From a candidate division FCPU426 bacterium (lineage in GTDB: Bacteria > Oederibacteriota > Muellerivitia > Muellerivitales > Muellerivitaceae), in the NCBI GenBank assembly GCA_963771075.1, contig CAVYSE010000018.1, positions 64,001-128,000 of the forward strand: DNA of 64,000 nt, read 5' to 3'. The translations under genes and the position numbers were made by a program. The notes under the pieces were generated by a model. It was not told the DNA's origin. It saw nothing but the letters and a program-made list of their open reading frames with translations, and did not search any database. This document shows, one piece after another, positions 28,985-38,842 of this stretch. Numbering within the stretch: position 1 is the stretch's first letter; every line of letters begins with the position of its first letter.

Positions 28985-30197
28985 ATGAATAAGATCCTCA
29001 TTCTTAACCATTACTACTGGCCTGATGATGTCGCTTCTGCCCGTCATTACACCGACTTTTGCGAGGATTTCGGCGAAGAGGGGTTATTCGGTCGAGGTTT
29101 GGCCTTGCAACCGGAGCTGTCACCACTATGAGGAAAAGTACCCTTGTGGGCGGGAGATCAAAAACGGGGTCCTCATCCGCCGGGTTTGGAGGCCGCCGTT
29201 CAAGCAGCATTCCAACCTGGGCCGGATGATCGACGCCCTCTGGGTGATGGCGGTTTGGAAACTGCGGTTTTTTACCCTCTTCGGGTCCCGGCCCGACCTG
29301 TTGGTCATCGGGACCGACCCCATCTTCAGCCTTTTACTCGTTCCCCTTTTTAGGCTGTTGCACCCGAAAGTGAAGGTGGTCCATTGGTGCTTCGACCTCT
29401 ACCCCGAATACCCGGTGGCCGCGGGGATGGTGCGGGAAAACCACTGGGCGGTGCGGGCACTGGGGGCCCTGATGGAGAAGGCCTACGGCGCCTGCGACCT
29501 GGTGGCCGACCTGGGGCCCTGCATGAGGCGGCAGCTTGAAAAATATCCCGCGAAATCCCGGGCCACCCTGCCCCCCTGGGCACTGGAAGAACCCCCTTCG
29601 CCTTTGTCTTTCGACCCGGCGGAACGGAAGGAACTTTTCGGTGACTCGCGGCTGGGCCTGCTCTATTCGGGAAATTTCGGTCTGCCCCATGCCTTTGAGC
29701 TGAGTTTGGCTCTGGCCCGCCGGTTGAAAAGCCAATCCACTACATTGACCTACAGCGCCCATGGGAGCCGGATAGAAGAACTCAAGGGGGCTTTGACGCC
29801 CAAGGACACGAATATCCGTTTTGTTTCCTTTGTCCCGCCGGATCGTTTGGCTGCCCGTCTGAGCGCCCCGGATGTCCATGTGGTCAGCCTGCGCCCCGAG
29901 TGGGCGGGGCTGGTGGTGCCATCCAAATTTTTTGGGGTTTTGGCGGTGGGCCGCCCGGTATTATTCGAGGGGGATGGGGGTTCTTCCATCGCCCAATGGA
30001 TCAAGGAGCACCAAGTCGGTTGGATCCTGCGGCCGGACAACCTGGAGGAAGTGGCGGGGGACTTGGTGAGATTTTCGGTGGATGACGCCAGGAAAGCGGC
30101 GATGTTCAAGCATTGCAACTCCGTTTACCAAGCCTATTTTTCAAAGAAGTCCGTGATGGATCGATGGGATAAAGAATTGAAAAATATAATCGGGTGA
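28985..30197 (+). pseudogene. GT4 (WbuB/WcaI-like) with +1 frameshift near 29070
   Basis: MNKILILNHYYWPDDVASARHYTDFCED in one frame, AKRGYSVEVWPCNR onward in the next. Confidence 0.8.
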
Positions 30198-30212
30198 TTG
30201 GGACCCTCCATC

Positions 30213-31535
30213 ACAGACCATTGGCTTGGTACATTCAAAGCTTGTTCCTCGACTTGATGTCTCGGAACAGAAGTATCAGGCCACCTTTTCAAAGAAGTCC
30301 GTGATGGATCGATGGGATAAGGGACTTCAAGCGTTGATCGGCTGACATTTGTTGGGCGAATTATTCCTCGCCAACCCCTTTGGAAAACTTTTTCCCTCCC
30401 GGATGCGTTTTTTTCTTGAAGGCCCGGCTTCCTCCGGTTTATTTTCACATCAATTGAAAGGGTACCCGATGACTTGTGGTCATCGGGCTAGGGGAGAACC
30501 CAAGACAGCACTTGGCGGATAACTGTTAGCTTTTCGCTAACGGCTACCAGCAAACCGCTAATGGCTATATTTGGAGGTTCCCCCATGGAATCAGCACAAT
30601 CACCCGTTGGTCCTTCGGACCAAATGCCCTATCCCCTCAACCAAATCGTGATGGTTCCCATCGACGACCTGTGCGACCCGCCTTGGGACCCCCGGCCCGT
30701 CGTGGATGAGGGTCCCCTCCAGCTTCTCGTGGACTATATCGCTGGGGAAGGTTACACCCCTCCCATCCTGGCTTGGGTGGGGAATGGCCGAAAACCCTGG
30801 CCGGTGCTTTCCGGCAAACGCCGCCGATTGGCAAATCAGCGGTTGGGGAAAACCGAAATCGCGACGATCTTCTTGGATTGCTCCGAAGAACGGGCAAAAG
30901 ACCTCACTCAATCCACCAACGAGGACGATAAGCCCTACTGGCTGGGTTCTTGTATCCAAACCGAAACCAGGTTAGCGGAATTTGGTGAAAACTATGAGAT
31001 CCTTGGAAAACGGATTGGAAAGACAAAATTCTGGGTTTCGAGAGCGATTTCGTTAACGAAATTACTTAGCAATACTTCTCGGAAGATGATTTTCGACCAA
31101 TATTTAAACGCAGTTGCGAATCGCAACTCAGTTCCAAAAAAAGAAGAAAATCAGGAAACGATCAGCGTAAAAAAGGGAAGAAAGGCGCAAAAAGAGGAAA
31201 ATTTAGACGACAAACAATGGTTTTTGTTGGAATCGGTCGCTCTTGAATTATTGCCCCTTTTTAGGGGCCGGCCGGTGATAGAAGCCGTCCGGCTCGCCGA
31301 TCAGGTGGTACCTGTCGTTCTTTCCCAAGAATTGGACGCGAAGGGCGTCGCCAAATTGGTTGGTATGTTGAACAAGGGCCACGAGATATCCGACTTTATG
31401 GAACTCAACCTGAAGGGACCTGCGAAATCCCAATCCGGGGGCGCCACGGCAAAGGTTCATCATGCCGAGGGGGCTGATCCCGGTAATGGATCAGCACACC
31501 CAAAGAGTGACCCTCGGCTTGAGGCCTCGGGTCAG
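30213..31535 (+). repeat. 1.3-kb direct duplication, copy B
   Basis: Matches 19542-20864; ends a few bases before the 435-bp element. Confidence 0.93.
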
Positions 31536-31568
31536 CAGCAACAATGGGGTCAAGTCTTCATTTTATAG
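30585..31568 (+). pseudogene. Truncated duplicate of the ParB-like gene (ParB + HTH only)
   Basis: Near-identical to the 19914 ORF up to ...LEASGQ, then QQQWGQVFIL* from the element IR. Confidence 0.85.
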
Positions 31569-31974
31569 TAACTATTCCAACCGCTTCTTCCTGCGCTAAT
31601 GTTGTAAAATGGGCCATCGCGTATCCATTGTTCACGAGGTGGGCTAAAAGCACAAACACCTGGATGTGCCCAAATACCAGAAACAGGCAATTAAATTGAA
31701 ACCGGAAGAGGTACTGGCGAAAGTAGCTAAAATCCATGGGGAAAAGTCGGGTGAGATATTGAAGGCTGGAAAAAGGGAGTCGGAAGCACGGGACGCGGCC
31801 ATTTATTTGATGAAACGGAAATCGGGGATGAGTTCAATGGAAATTGGGGAAAAGATGGGCGTGGGTGCCAGCGCGGTGGGGAATCGGATAGCGATGGTAA
31901 AGAAGCGGATGGAGGGAGAGACACGGTTCAAGGCTCGGATAGATAATATAAAATGAAGACTTGACCCCATTGTT
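31540..31974 (+). mobile_element. 435-bp element, copy 2
   Basis: Same 28-bp IRs and internal sequence. Confidence 0.9.
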
Positions 31975-32396
31975 CCCAGATTACCGTCACCGGTGCCATG
32001 TCCCCTTACGCCCTCACGATCGATGGCACCAACCAGCTGAGCGGTTGGGCCGGAACGGCCACTTATACTGGAAACCAGGGGTTCGTGGACGGCTGCCGCG
32101 GGATCTTCGTGGAGAGCTACACGGCCGGCACGGTGGTGGTTGGGACGACGCCCAGTGGCAACAATAACCAAACCTGGATCAATACCAACGGGGCAAGCTT
32201 CAGCCAAGTGGGCGGCGGTGGCGGCAGCACCAACGTTTGCACCACCCAGACCGCGGATATCCTGGCCTTCTGGGACGAAACGGGATCGGGTGGTACGATC
32301 CAGGCCGGCGACCCCTATGTTCTTTATTCGAGCCAATCCTCCAGCACAACGCCGAACCTCACCATCACGCTGACGGATTCCCAAACCTGGCCCTGA
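31975..32396 (+). pseudogene. 3' fragment of a Gly/Thr-rich secreted or surface protein
   Basis: Reading frame begins abruptly at the element end; extracellular-type composition; followed by a terminator. Confidence 0.55.
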
Positions 32397-32431
32397 TTTG
32401 ACGGAGGCATTGTAGTCATCTTCCGATGACC

Positions 32432-32466
32432 AAAGCCCGGATGAGAAATCATTCGGGCTTTTTTTA
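32432..32466 (+). terminator. Rho-independent terminator
   Basis: AAAGCCCGGATGA-GAAA-TCATTCGGGCTTT followed by a T run. Confidence 0.8.
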
Positions 32467-32598
32467 TTCTCCCGGGTCCCCTACCTCGAATTTGATCCAG
32501 GTCTCACGCTGCGGTGTGTGAGTTTCGCAAATCGAGCAAGGACTTGGGCCCCTAGGGAGCCTTCGCGGCGGGGATGGCCAGCCGGTTTGGGGCCTCTC

Positions 32599-32850
32599 TT
32601 AGGCCGGCTTCCGCGCTCTGCGTCCATAGGCTACGAACGCGGCCAGGAGGGCCGGCACCACACTCCAGAGCATGCCTGGAAACCCGGCGTACTGGGTGAA
32701 AAGCGCGCAGCCCAACAGCGAGTTGAGGGCCAGGCAGGCGGCCGGGAGAAAACCGCTCATCCAGGCCCCTCGGATCTCTTCATAATGGGAGAACGTGTAG
32801 GCCCCCCCGATCAGGTTCCACAAGGCCAGTAAGATTTGAAGCACCCATAA
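32599..32850 (-). pseudogene. DoxX-like membrane protein remnant
   Basis: LWVLQILLALWNLIGG...LLAAFVAYGR; no clear in-frame start or RBS. Confidence 0.45.
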
Positions 32851-32919
32851 ATGGGGGTGTTTGAATTAGGTATACTTTTACGGAATTAGGGTTTCACGCC
32901 AATCTTAGGAGGCTTATAG

Positions 32920-32985
32920 ATGAGGAAGTTCATTTATGTTTCCGCGTTGATCCTGGCGGCCGGTTTTACCCGTCTTTGGCCGGTG
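32920..32985 (+). pseudogene. 5' stub of a gene cut by element copy 3
   Basis: AGGAGG RBS, MRKFIYVSALILAAGFTRLWPV, then QQQWGQVFIL*. Confidence 0.6.
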
Positions 32986-32989
32986 CAGC

Positions 32990-33424
32990 AACAATGGGGT
33001 CAAGTCTTCATTTTATAGTAACTATTCCAACCGCTTCTTCCTGCGCTAATGTTGTAAAATGGGCCATCGCGTATCCATTGTTCACGAGGTGGGCTAAAAG
33101 CACAAACACCTGGATGTGCCCAAATACCAGAAACAGGCAATTAAATTGAAACCGGAAGAGGTACTGGCGAAAGTAGCTAAAATCCATGGGGAAAAGTCGG
33201 GTGAGATATTGAAGGCTGGAAAAAGGGAGTCGGAAGCACGGGACGCGGCCATTTATTTGATGAAACGGAAATCGGGGATGAGTTCAATGGAAATTGGGGA
33301 AAAGATGGGCGTGGGTGCCAGCGCGGTGGGGAATCGGATAGCGATGGTAAAGAAGCGGATGGAGGGAGAGACACGGTTCAAGGCTCGGATAGATAATATA
33401 AAATGAAGACTTGACCCCATTGTT
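32990..33424 (+). mobile_element. 435-bp element, copy 3
   Basis: Same 28-bp IRs and internal sequence. Confidence 0.9.
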
Positions 33425-33428
33425 CTTG

Positions 33429-33699
33429 GGAAGAGGTACTGGCGAAAGTAGCTAAAATCCATGGGGAAAAGTCGGGTGAGATATTGAAGGCTGGAAAAAG
33501 GGAGTCGGAAGCACGGGACGCGGCCATTTATTTGATGAAACGGAAATCGGGGATGAGTTCAATGGAAATTGGGGAAAAGATGGGCGTGGGTGCCAGCGCG
33601 GTGGGGAATCGGATAGCGATGGTAAAGAAGCGGATGGAGGGAGAGACACGGTTCAAGGCTCGGATAGATAATATAAAATGAAGACTTGACCCCATTGTT
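33429..33699 (+). mobile_element. Partial tandem copy (right 271 bp) of the element
   Basis: Repeats 33154-33424 at offset 275, including the right IR. Confidence 0.9.
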
Positions 33700-33816
33700 C
33701 TTGCTCTATTTGAAAAACCGAAGGCATCCAATCAGCCAGGCGGGTGTCATGCCGGCGTGTTTCTTTTGGAGAGGTGAAGGTTATAATGCCGTAAAATTTA
33801 TTGGGGAAATTGAGCT

Positions 33817-34128
33817 ATGGGTCTTAACCCGAAAATAAAAATTAAGCATAGGAAAATCGAGGATTTCTGCAAGCGGTATCGTATCCGCAAATTGTCTTTC
33901 TTCGGGTCTGCCATCAAGGAAAGTTTCCGACCGGATAGTGATATTGACATTCTCGTTGAGTTTGAGGCGGGCCAAAGCGCCGGGTTTTTGGGTCTTGCCC
34001 ATATGGAAGGTGAATTGTCCCGGATTATGGGGGGGAGACGGATTGATCTAAGGACGCCTGGGGAATTGAGCCGGTATTTTCGGAACGAAGTTGTTGCCTC
34101 GGCCCTGGTTGAATATGCAAAACCCTGA
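33817..34128 (+). CDS. Minimal nucleotidyltransferase antitoxin (MntA-like)
   Basis: FFGSAIKESFRPDSDIDILVEF (GSx10DxD). Confidence 0.9.
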   Translation: MGLNPKIKIKHRKIEDFCKRYRIRKLSFFGSAIKESFRPDSDIDILVEFEAGQSAGFLGLAHMEGELSRIMGGRRIDLRTPGELSRYFRNEVVASALVEYAKP

Positions 34129-34549
34129 TTTCATCCGCGTTCGGCATATGCTGGATGCCTGTTGCGAAGCACTTGAGTTCGTGAATGGCAAGTCCCGGTC
34201 GGATTTAGATAACGACCGGATGCTGGTTCTTTCTTTGGTTAAAGAAGTGGAAATCATCGGCGAAGCGGCTTCCAAAGTCTCCCCTGAAACTAAATCAAAT
34301 CATCCTGAAATACCGTGGCAGGACATGGCGCTTATGCGTAACCGCTTGATCCATGCTTATTTTAACATTGATTTAGATGTGGTCTGGGAAACGATACAGA
34401 AGGATTTACCTGAGTTGAAAAGGAAGCATCAGGATGTTCGGAATTTTGATAGTCCATCCGCCCACGAACCCCCCGCTGTTTATTTGACGAACCGCAAGCC
34501 CCAAAAGACGAAAAAGTCCAAACCCAAACTTAAATTGAAAAAAGATTGA
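34115..34549 (+). CDS. HepT/DUF86 HEPN RNase toxin with C-terminal extension
   Basis: EIIGEAA, MRNRLIHAY (RX4HXY), VWETIQKDLP. Confidence 0.9.
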   Translation: MQNPDFIRVRHMLDACCEALEFVNGKSRSDLDNDRMLVLSLVKEVEIIGEAASKVSPETKSNHPEIPWQDMALMRNRLIHAYFNIDLDVVWETIQKDLPELKRKHQDVRNFDSPSAHEPPAVYLTNRKPQKTKKSKPKLKLKKD

Positions 34550-34555
34550 TTAAGT

Positions 34556-35010
34556 ATGAATAAAGTTCTTGTGCTTAATTATTATTATTGGCCTGATGAC
34601 GTGGCACCTATTCTTATTTGGAATAGGCGCCCCCGAACTTGCGCCCCGACTGGAAGGTCGGGGCGCGGGACCATCATCGGGTTGAAATGATCGGGTGTCC
34701 TTAAAGATGAATAGTGTTCTTGTGCTCAATCACTACTATTGGCCTGATGATGTGGCACCTATTCTTATTTGGAATAGGCGCCCCCAAACTTGCGCCCCGA
34801 CTGGAAGGCCGGGGCGCGGGACCATCATCGGGTTGAAATGATCGGGTGTCCTTAAAGATGAATAGTGTTCTTGTGCTCAATCACTACTATTGGCCCGATG
34901 ATGTGGCCGGGAAGGCGGCGATGTTCAGGCACTGCCACGAGGTTTACATGAAATATTTCTCGAAAAATTCCGTGATGGACTGGTGGGAAAAGGGATTTAA
35001 AAAACTTTGA
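34556..35010 (+). repeat. 151-bp tandem repeat (GT start + double-hairpin module) x2, followed by a 50-codon GT N/C-terminal fusion
   Basis: ATG at 34556, 34707 and 34858, each encoding MNxVLVLNxYYWPDDVA; the third continues GKAAMFRHC...WEKGFKKL*. Confidence 0.9.
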
Positions 35011-35032
35011 TTCCTGCCCCTTCGGTGCTCAT

Positions 35033-35067
35033 TTGACCAACTAGACCAAGTAGGCTAAGATTTCCGT
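35033..35067 (+). promoter_or_regulatory. Probable leaderless promoter with GACCAA direct repeats
   Basis: TTGACC-17-TAAGAT; ATG 7 nt after the -10 box; no SD. Confidence 0.55.
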
Positions 35068-35346
35068 ATGAAAAACAAATACTCCATCTACGAAGCCAAG
35101 ACCCACTTGAGCGAAATTTTGCGCCAGGTCCGGGACAACAAGTCGGTCATCATTACCGACCGGGGAAAGGAAGTGGCCCGGGTGGTCCCGATGGAAGAGA
35201 AGACCTCCTTCGAGAAAAGAGTCGAGATGTTCGAAAGGTCGGGGGTAATCCAATATGCCCCGAACGCCGACCCTTCCCAGATCCGCCCGATTAAGAAATG
35301 CCCCGGCGCCCTCAAAGAATTTCTTGAGAACCGGAACCGTTTTTGA
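35068..35346 (+). CDS. Phd/YefM-family antitoxin
   Basis: YSIYEAKTHLSEIL...VIITDRGKEVARVVP. Confidence 0.9.
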   Translation: MKNKYSIYEAKTHLSEILRQVRDNKSVIITDRGKEVARVVPMEEKTSFEKRVEMFERSGVIQYAPNADPSQIRPIKKCPGALKEFLENRNRF

Positions 35347-35846
35347 GATCCGCCTTTCTCGATACCTCCGTCATGGCCGCCATCCTGTTTGAGGAACCCA
35401 GCTCGACTGATTTATTGCGGATTTTATCCGGCCTGGAATCCATTTACGCCTCGGGCCTTTTAGAGGCTGAAATGAGAAGCGCCGCCTTTCGGAAGGGGTT
35501 GGATACTCGGCTGGTGGAAGCGGAACTATTAAAAGTAAAGTGGATTCATCCGGATCGAGCCCTGACCCAGGAGATCAAACAGATTGTCTCCAATGGGATC
35601 CACTTAAGAGGCGCCGATCTTTGGCATCTTGCCTGCGCGCTTTATTTCGCGGGCAACCCGGCGGCCATTCCTTTTATGACCCTCGATGAACCCCAGGCCC
35701 AAGCGGCCCGCCGTTTGGGATTTCAAGTCATGCCGTGGGGGTGGACGATTGAGCCCACACTTTCAGAACCACCGGCTCGCTATAGGGCGAATCCCGCCTC
35801 CAAGAAGCTCCCCAAGAAGAAACCACAACCGCTAAAAGGCCGCTAA
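35343..35846 (+). CDS. VapC-like PIN toxin with C-terminal extension
   Basis: FLDTS, LRGADLWHLACA, TLD. Confidence 0.87.
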   Translation: MRSAFLDTSVMAAILFEEPSSTDLLRILSGLESIYASGLLEAEMRSAAFRKGLDTRLVEAELLKVKWIHPDRALTQEIKQIVSNGIHLRGADLWHLACALYFAGNPAAIPFMTLDEPQAQAARRLGFQVMPWGWTIEPTLSEPPARYRANPASKKLPKKKPQPLKGR

Positions 35847-35901
35847 AGGTTATGATTGCCAGGATAAACCCTGACTTTAGGATGAACGCGAAAGGTGTGT
35901 T

Positions 35902-36912
35902 ATGAAACGGAAAAAAGCCTTTATCACAGGCGTCACCGGCCAGGACGGTTCCTGGTTGGCGGATTTTCTTTTGGAAAAGGGCTACGAGGTCCACGGCATG
36001 GTGCGCCGGTCCTCTTCCTTTAATACGGCCCGCATCGACCATATTTACCAAGACCCTCACGCCCAGGGGCGGCGATTTTTCCTGCATTTCGGGGACCTTT
36101 CCGATTCCTCGGGCCTTTTCAAACTGCTTTCACAGATCAAGCCGCACGAGATTTATAACCTGGCGGCCCAAAGCCACGTGAGGGTTTCTTTCGACCAGCC
36201 CGAATATACCGGCGAGGTCACCGGGGTCGGGACGATCAAACTGCTGGAAGCCATGCGGGAAGCCTGTCCCAAGGCCCGTTTCTACCAGGCCAGCAGTTCG
36301 GAACTTTACGGCGGACTGGATTGCCCCAAGAAGGGCTACAACGAAACCAGCGCCTTTTATCCCCGAAGCCCCTATGGGGTCGCCAAGCTTTATTCCTTCT
36401 GGGCGGCCAAGAACTACAGGGAAGCCTATGGGATGCACATTTCCAACGGGATTCTCTTTAACCATGAAAGCGAGCGCCGGGGGGAGACCTTCGTGACCCG
36501 CAAGGTCACCCGCGCGGTGGGCCGCATCGTGGTGGGCCTGCAAAAGGACCTCTTCCTGGGCAACCTGAAGGCGAAGCGGGACTGGGGCGACGCCAAGGAA
36601 TTCGTGAGGGCCATGTGGCTGATGCTTCAAAAACCCGAGCCCCATGATTACGTCATCGCCACGGGGGAAACCCATTCCATCGAGGAAATGCTGAAGGTGG
36701 CCTTCGGCTATGTGCGTCTTGACTGGAAAAAACACGTGAAATTCGACCCCCGCTACCTGCGCCCCTCGGAGGTGGACACGCTGTTGGGGGACGCGTCCAA
36801 GGCCCGGAAACAACTGGGTTGGAAGCACGAAACCGGCTTCACGGAGTTGATCGAACGCATGGTGGACCACGACATCGACCTGGCCGGGCGGGAAAAGAAA
36901 GCGGGGGAATAG
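35902..36912 (+). CDS. gmd: GDP-mannose 4,6-dehydratase
   Basis: [35 protein letters not shown]. Confidence 0.96.
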   Translation: MKRKKAFITGVTGQDGSWLADFLLEKGYEVHGMVRRSSSFNTARIDHIYQDPHAQGRRFFLHFGDLSDSSGLFKLLSQIKPHEIYNLAAQSHVRVSFDQPEYTGEVTGVGTIKLLEAMREACPKARFYQASSSELYGGLDCPKKGYNETSAFYPRSPYGVAKLYSFWAAKNYREAYGMHISNGILFNHESERRGETFVTRKVTRAVGRIVVGLQKDLFLGNLKAKRDWGDAKEFVRAMWLMLQKPEPHDYVIATGETHSIEEMLKVAFGYVRLDWKKHVKFDPRYLRPSEVDTLLGDASKARKQLGWKHETGFTELIERMVDHDIDLAGREKKAGE

Positions 36913-36962
36913 AAGAGGAAGCCGCCGTAGCCGTTATAATGGCCCATTCCTGGAGGCGTTTC

Positions 36963-37280
36963 TTGAAACCCGAAGCATCCATCATCGAAAACTTGGCCTC
37001 CCAAATCGTGGAGGCTGTCCACCCGCTGACCATCATCCTTTTCGGCTCCGCGGCCCGTGGGGAAATGGGGCCCGGAAGCGACATCGACCTCATGATCATC
37101 ATGCCGGAGGGGACCGACTGTGGGAAAACCACCCAGCGGCTTTACAACCGCGTGGGCGGGGTCAAGGCGGGCTATGACCTCGTCGTGGCGACGCCGGGTA
37201 TCCTCGAGAAATACAAGGATAACTGCGCCCTGGTTTACAAATGGGCGTTAAAGGAAGGCCAGGTGGTCTATGCCGCCTGA
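36963..37280 (+). CDS. Minimal nucleotidyltransferase
   Basis: ILFGSAARGEMGPGSDIDL; TTG after GGAGG. Confidence 0.85.
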   Translation: MKPEASIIENLASQIVEAVHPLTIILFGSAARGEMGPGSDIDLMIIMPEGTDCGKTTQRLYNRVGGVKAGYDLVVATPGILEKYKDNCALVYKWALKEGQVVYAA

Positions 37281-37785
37281 GAGGGGCGATTTAAACGACC
37301 CCGGAGTATGGATTGATTTCGCGAAAAGCGACCTTGCCTTGGCGCGGGTGGGCAGGACGCCCGGAGTCCGGTTGGGAGCCCTCTGTTACCATTGCCAGCA
37401 AGCCGCGGAAAAAGCCTTAAAAGCCGTGTTGTTGCGCCACCATGTCGAATTTCCCCCTACCCATAACCTGCGGGATTTATTCAACCTCTTGCCGCCGCCG
37501 GTGTCGGCGCCCAGTGAGGTTAAAGCCGCCTGTGATTTAAGCGGATATGCCATCAAGGGACGCTACCCTTTGGACGTTTCGGACGCCTCCCCTTCCGAGT
37601 ATAAAAAGGCCGTCCAATCGGCCGAGAGGCTGTTGAGGTGGGCTGAAAAAGCCGTCTTGGCTGGGGACGAACCCGGCAGGCTGGACCTTGAGGAGCCCCG
37701 GGCGGACTACTCCGCCCGGAAAATTCCATCGCGGAAAACCTCCCCGAAATCCAGGAAAACGAACAAACGAAAGGCAAAACCGTGA
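37270..37785 (+). CDS. HEPN-domain protein with C-terminal extension
   Basis: [26 protein letters not shown]. Confidence 0.88.
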   Translation: MPPERGDLNDPGVWIDFAKSDLALARVGRTPGVRLGALCYHCQQAAEKALKAVLLRHHVEFPPTHNLRDLFNLLPPPVSAPSEVKAACDLSGYAIKGRYPLDVSDASPSEYKKAVQSAERLLRWAEKAVLAGDEPGRLDLEEPRADYSARKIPSRKTSPKSRKTNKRKAKP

Positions 37786-38720
37786 AACTCTTCATCGCCG
37801 GTCATAAGGGCATGGTGGGCTCGGCGCTGGTGCGCCGGTTCCAAAAAGAAAAGGGCGTGGAGCTCATCCTCAGGGATTTCGCCCAGCTCGACCTGACCCA
37901 ACAGGCCCAGGTGCTGGACTTCTACCAAAAGGAAAAACCCGACCAGGTCATCGTGGCCGCGGCCAAGGTGGGGGGGATCCTCGCCAACAGCACCTATCCC
38001 GCGGAGTTTCTTTACCAGAACCTGGCCATCGCCGCCAACTGCGTCGAAGGGGCCTGGAAGGCCGGCGTGAAGCGTCTGCTTTTCCTGGGCAGTTCCTGCA
38101 TTTATCCCAAGCTGGCGCCCCAGCCCATGACCGAAGACTGCCTGCTCACCGGCGCCCTGGAACCCACCAACGAGGCCTATGCCATCGCCAAGATCGCGGG
38201 CCTCAAGCTCTGCCAGTTTTACCGGAAGCAATACGGGGTCCTGTTCCATTCGGCCATGCCCACCAACCTTTACGGGCCGGGGGACAATTACCACCCGCAA
38301 AATTCCCACGTGCTGCCCGCCATGATCCTCAAGTTCCATGAGGCCTGGGAAAAGAGCGCGCCGGTCATGACCCTTTGGGGAACGGGATCGCCCAAACGCG
38401 AGTTCCTGCACGTGGACGACCTGGCCGACGCCTGCGCCTATTTGTTGAAACTCGACAACCCGCCCGACTGGGTGAACGTGGGCACGGGAACGGACATCCT
38501 GATCAAGTCCCTGGCGGGATTGGTGGCGGAAATCACCCATTTTTCCGGGCGCATCGAGTGGGATTCGTCCAAACCCGACGGCACCCCCCGCAAATTGCTG
38601 GATGTTTCCCGCTTGAGCGCCTTGGGATGGAAAGCGTCGATCCCACTGGAAGAGGGGATCAAGTCCACTTACCGGAGCTTTTTGGAAGATATTGCCGCTG
38701 GATCCCTTCGCAAAGCGTGA
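37782..38720 (+). CDS. fcl: GDP-L-fucose synthase
   Basis: [46 protein letters not shown]. Confidence 0.95.
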   Translation: MKLFIAGHKGMVGSALVRRFQKEKGVELILRDFAQLDLTQQAQVLDFYQKEKPDQVIVAAAKVGGILANSTYPAEFLYQNLAIAANCVEGAWKAGVKRLLFLGSSCIYPKLAPQPMTEDCLLTGALEPTNEAYAIAKIAGLKLCQFYRKQYGVLFHSAMPTNLYGPGDNYHPQNSHVLPAMILKFHEAWEKSAPVMTLWGTGSPKREFLHVDDLADACAYLLKLDNPPDWVNVGTGTDILIKSLAGLVAEITHFSGRIEWDSSKPDGTPRKLLDVSRLSALGWKASIPLEEGIKSTYRSFLEDIAAGSLRKA

Positions 38721-38748
38721 ACCATTCCTGCCGGGTTGGTTAATTGAA

Positions 38749-38783
38749 GGGGTCCATTTTCCGTTTTTCGTCCCGGCCTGGGG
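38749..38783 (+). repeat. Boundary repeat, internally shortened copy
   Basis: GGGGTC-CATTTTCCGTTTTTCGTCCCGGCCTGGGG. Confidence 0.6.
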
Positions 38784-38842
38784 CAAGGCTCAAACCCTAT
38801 CGATCAAGGGAATGTTTCCGGAAAGCCTTTTTCAAACCGGCC

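Noticed and set aside
19542..31535. Diversity-generating retroelement TR/VR pair
   Set aside because: No reverse transcriptase; the few differences are not adenine-specific and the repeat is far too long
34556..35010. Possible CRISPR or attC array
   Set aside because: The 151-bp units repeat entirely and begin with GT coding sequence; no clear RYYYAAC...GTTRRRY ends
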